Shown: positions 63,900 through 64,000 of the stretch, in pieces
Layout: each line of letters opens with the position of its first letter
How positions within the stretch are numbered: position 1 is the stretch's first letter
IMG/VR virus record: IMGVR_UViG_3300035703_000041
Span: 31,225-95,224 of that record
Length of the DNA stretch: 64,000 nt
Direction: 5' to 3' (one strand)
Source: a virus
The notes under the pieces: model-generated
Databases searched by the model: none
The model's input: the letters and a program-made list of their open reading frames with translations, nothing else
What the model was told of the DNA's origin: nothing
Program-made: the position numbers and the translations under genes

Positions 63900-64000
63900 A
63901 TGGAAAAACAAGAATCTTTAAATTTAAATGATTTAAAACTAATGGCGCAACTTATTAAAGTTGTGTCTACAAGAGGTGCTATTCAAGCAGAAGAAATGGC
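63900..64000 (+). CDS. 5' end of a hypothetical protein truncated by the window edge
   Basis: TAAATA at 63867, GAGGA SD; MEKQESLNLNDLKLMAQLIKVVSTRGA. Confidence 0.65.
   Translation, partial: MEKQESLNLNDLKLMAQLIKVVSTRGAIQAEEM

Noticed and set aside
1-64000. Genome-wide TAG reassignment (genetic code 15)
   Set aside because: Standard-code ORFs already tile the window, long genes have no internal TAG, and TAG ends several genes, including one in a stop-start overlap; only one interrupted gene was found

Overview
AT-rich, gene-dense segment of a large T4-superfamily-like (jumbo-type) tailed phage genome. The host is probably an Alphaproteobacterium; this is an inference from the promoter style, apparent leaderless starts and the L,D-transpeptidase. 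Modules in order: (1) DnaJ-like 3' end and clpA; (2) a late-promoter block (4.9-19.7 kb) of proteins that begin with a short MKIxEL/MLLE-type leader and are strings of unrelated domains joined by [LIV]-x-E linkers, interpreted as head-packaged polyproteins cut by a T4 gp21-type prohead protease; (3) tail/virion genes plus a ubiquitin-like protein; (4) family B DNA polymerase and clamp, followed by a 7-deazaguanine DNA-modification cluster (dpdA, dpdL-like, folE, queD, queE; no queC in the window) interleaved with a glycosyltransferase and two dehydrogenases, with a preQ1-riboswitch-like leader before queD; (5) a free-standing endonuclease, RNase H and a protein kinase; (6) an amber-suppressor tRNA (anticodon CUA) with, 1.8 kb downstream, a gene interrupted by an in-frame TAG at codon 3, and an unexplained structured intergenic RNA; (7) early genes: a MoxR AAA+ ATPase and a vWA-metallopeptidase flanking an array of about 11 short paralogs whose C-terminal LRW codons double as the next gene's Shine-Dalgarno; (8) clpP. 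All product calls come from motif recognition by eye; no database searches were run.
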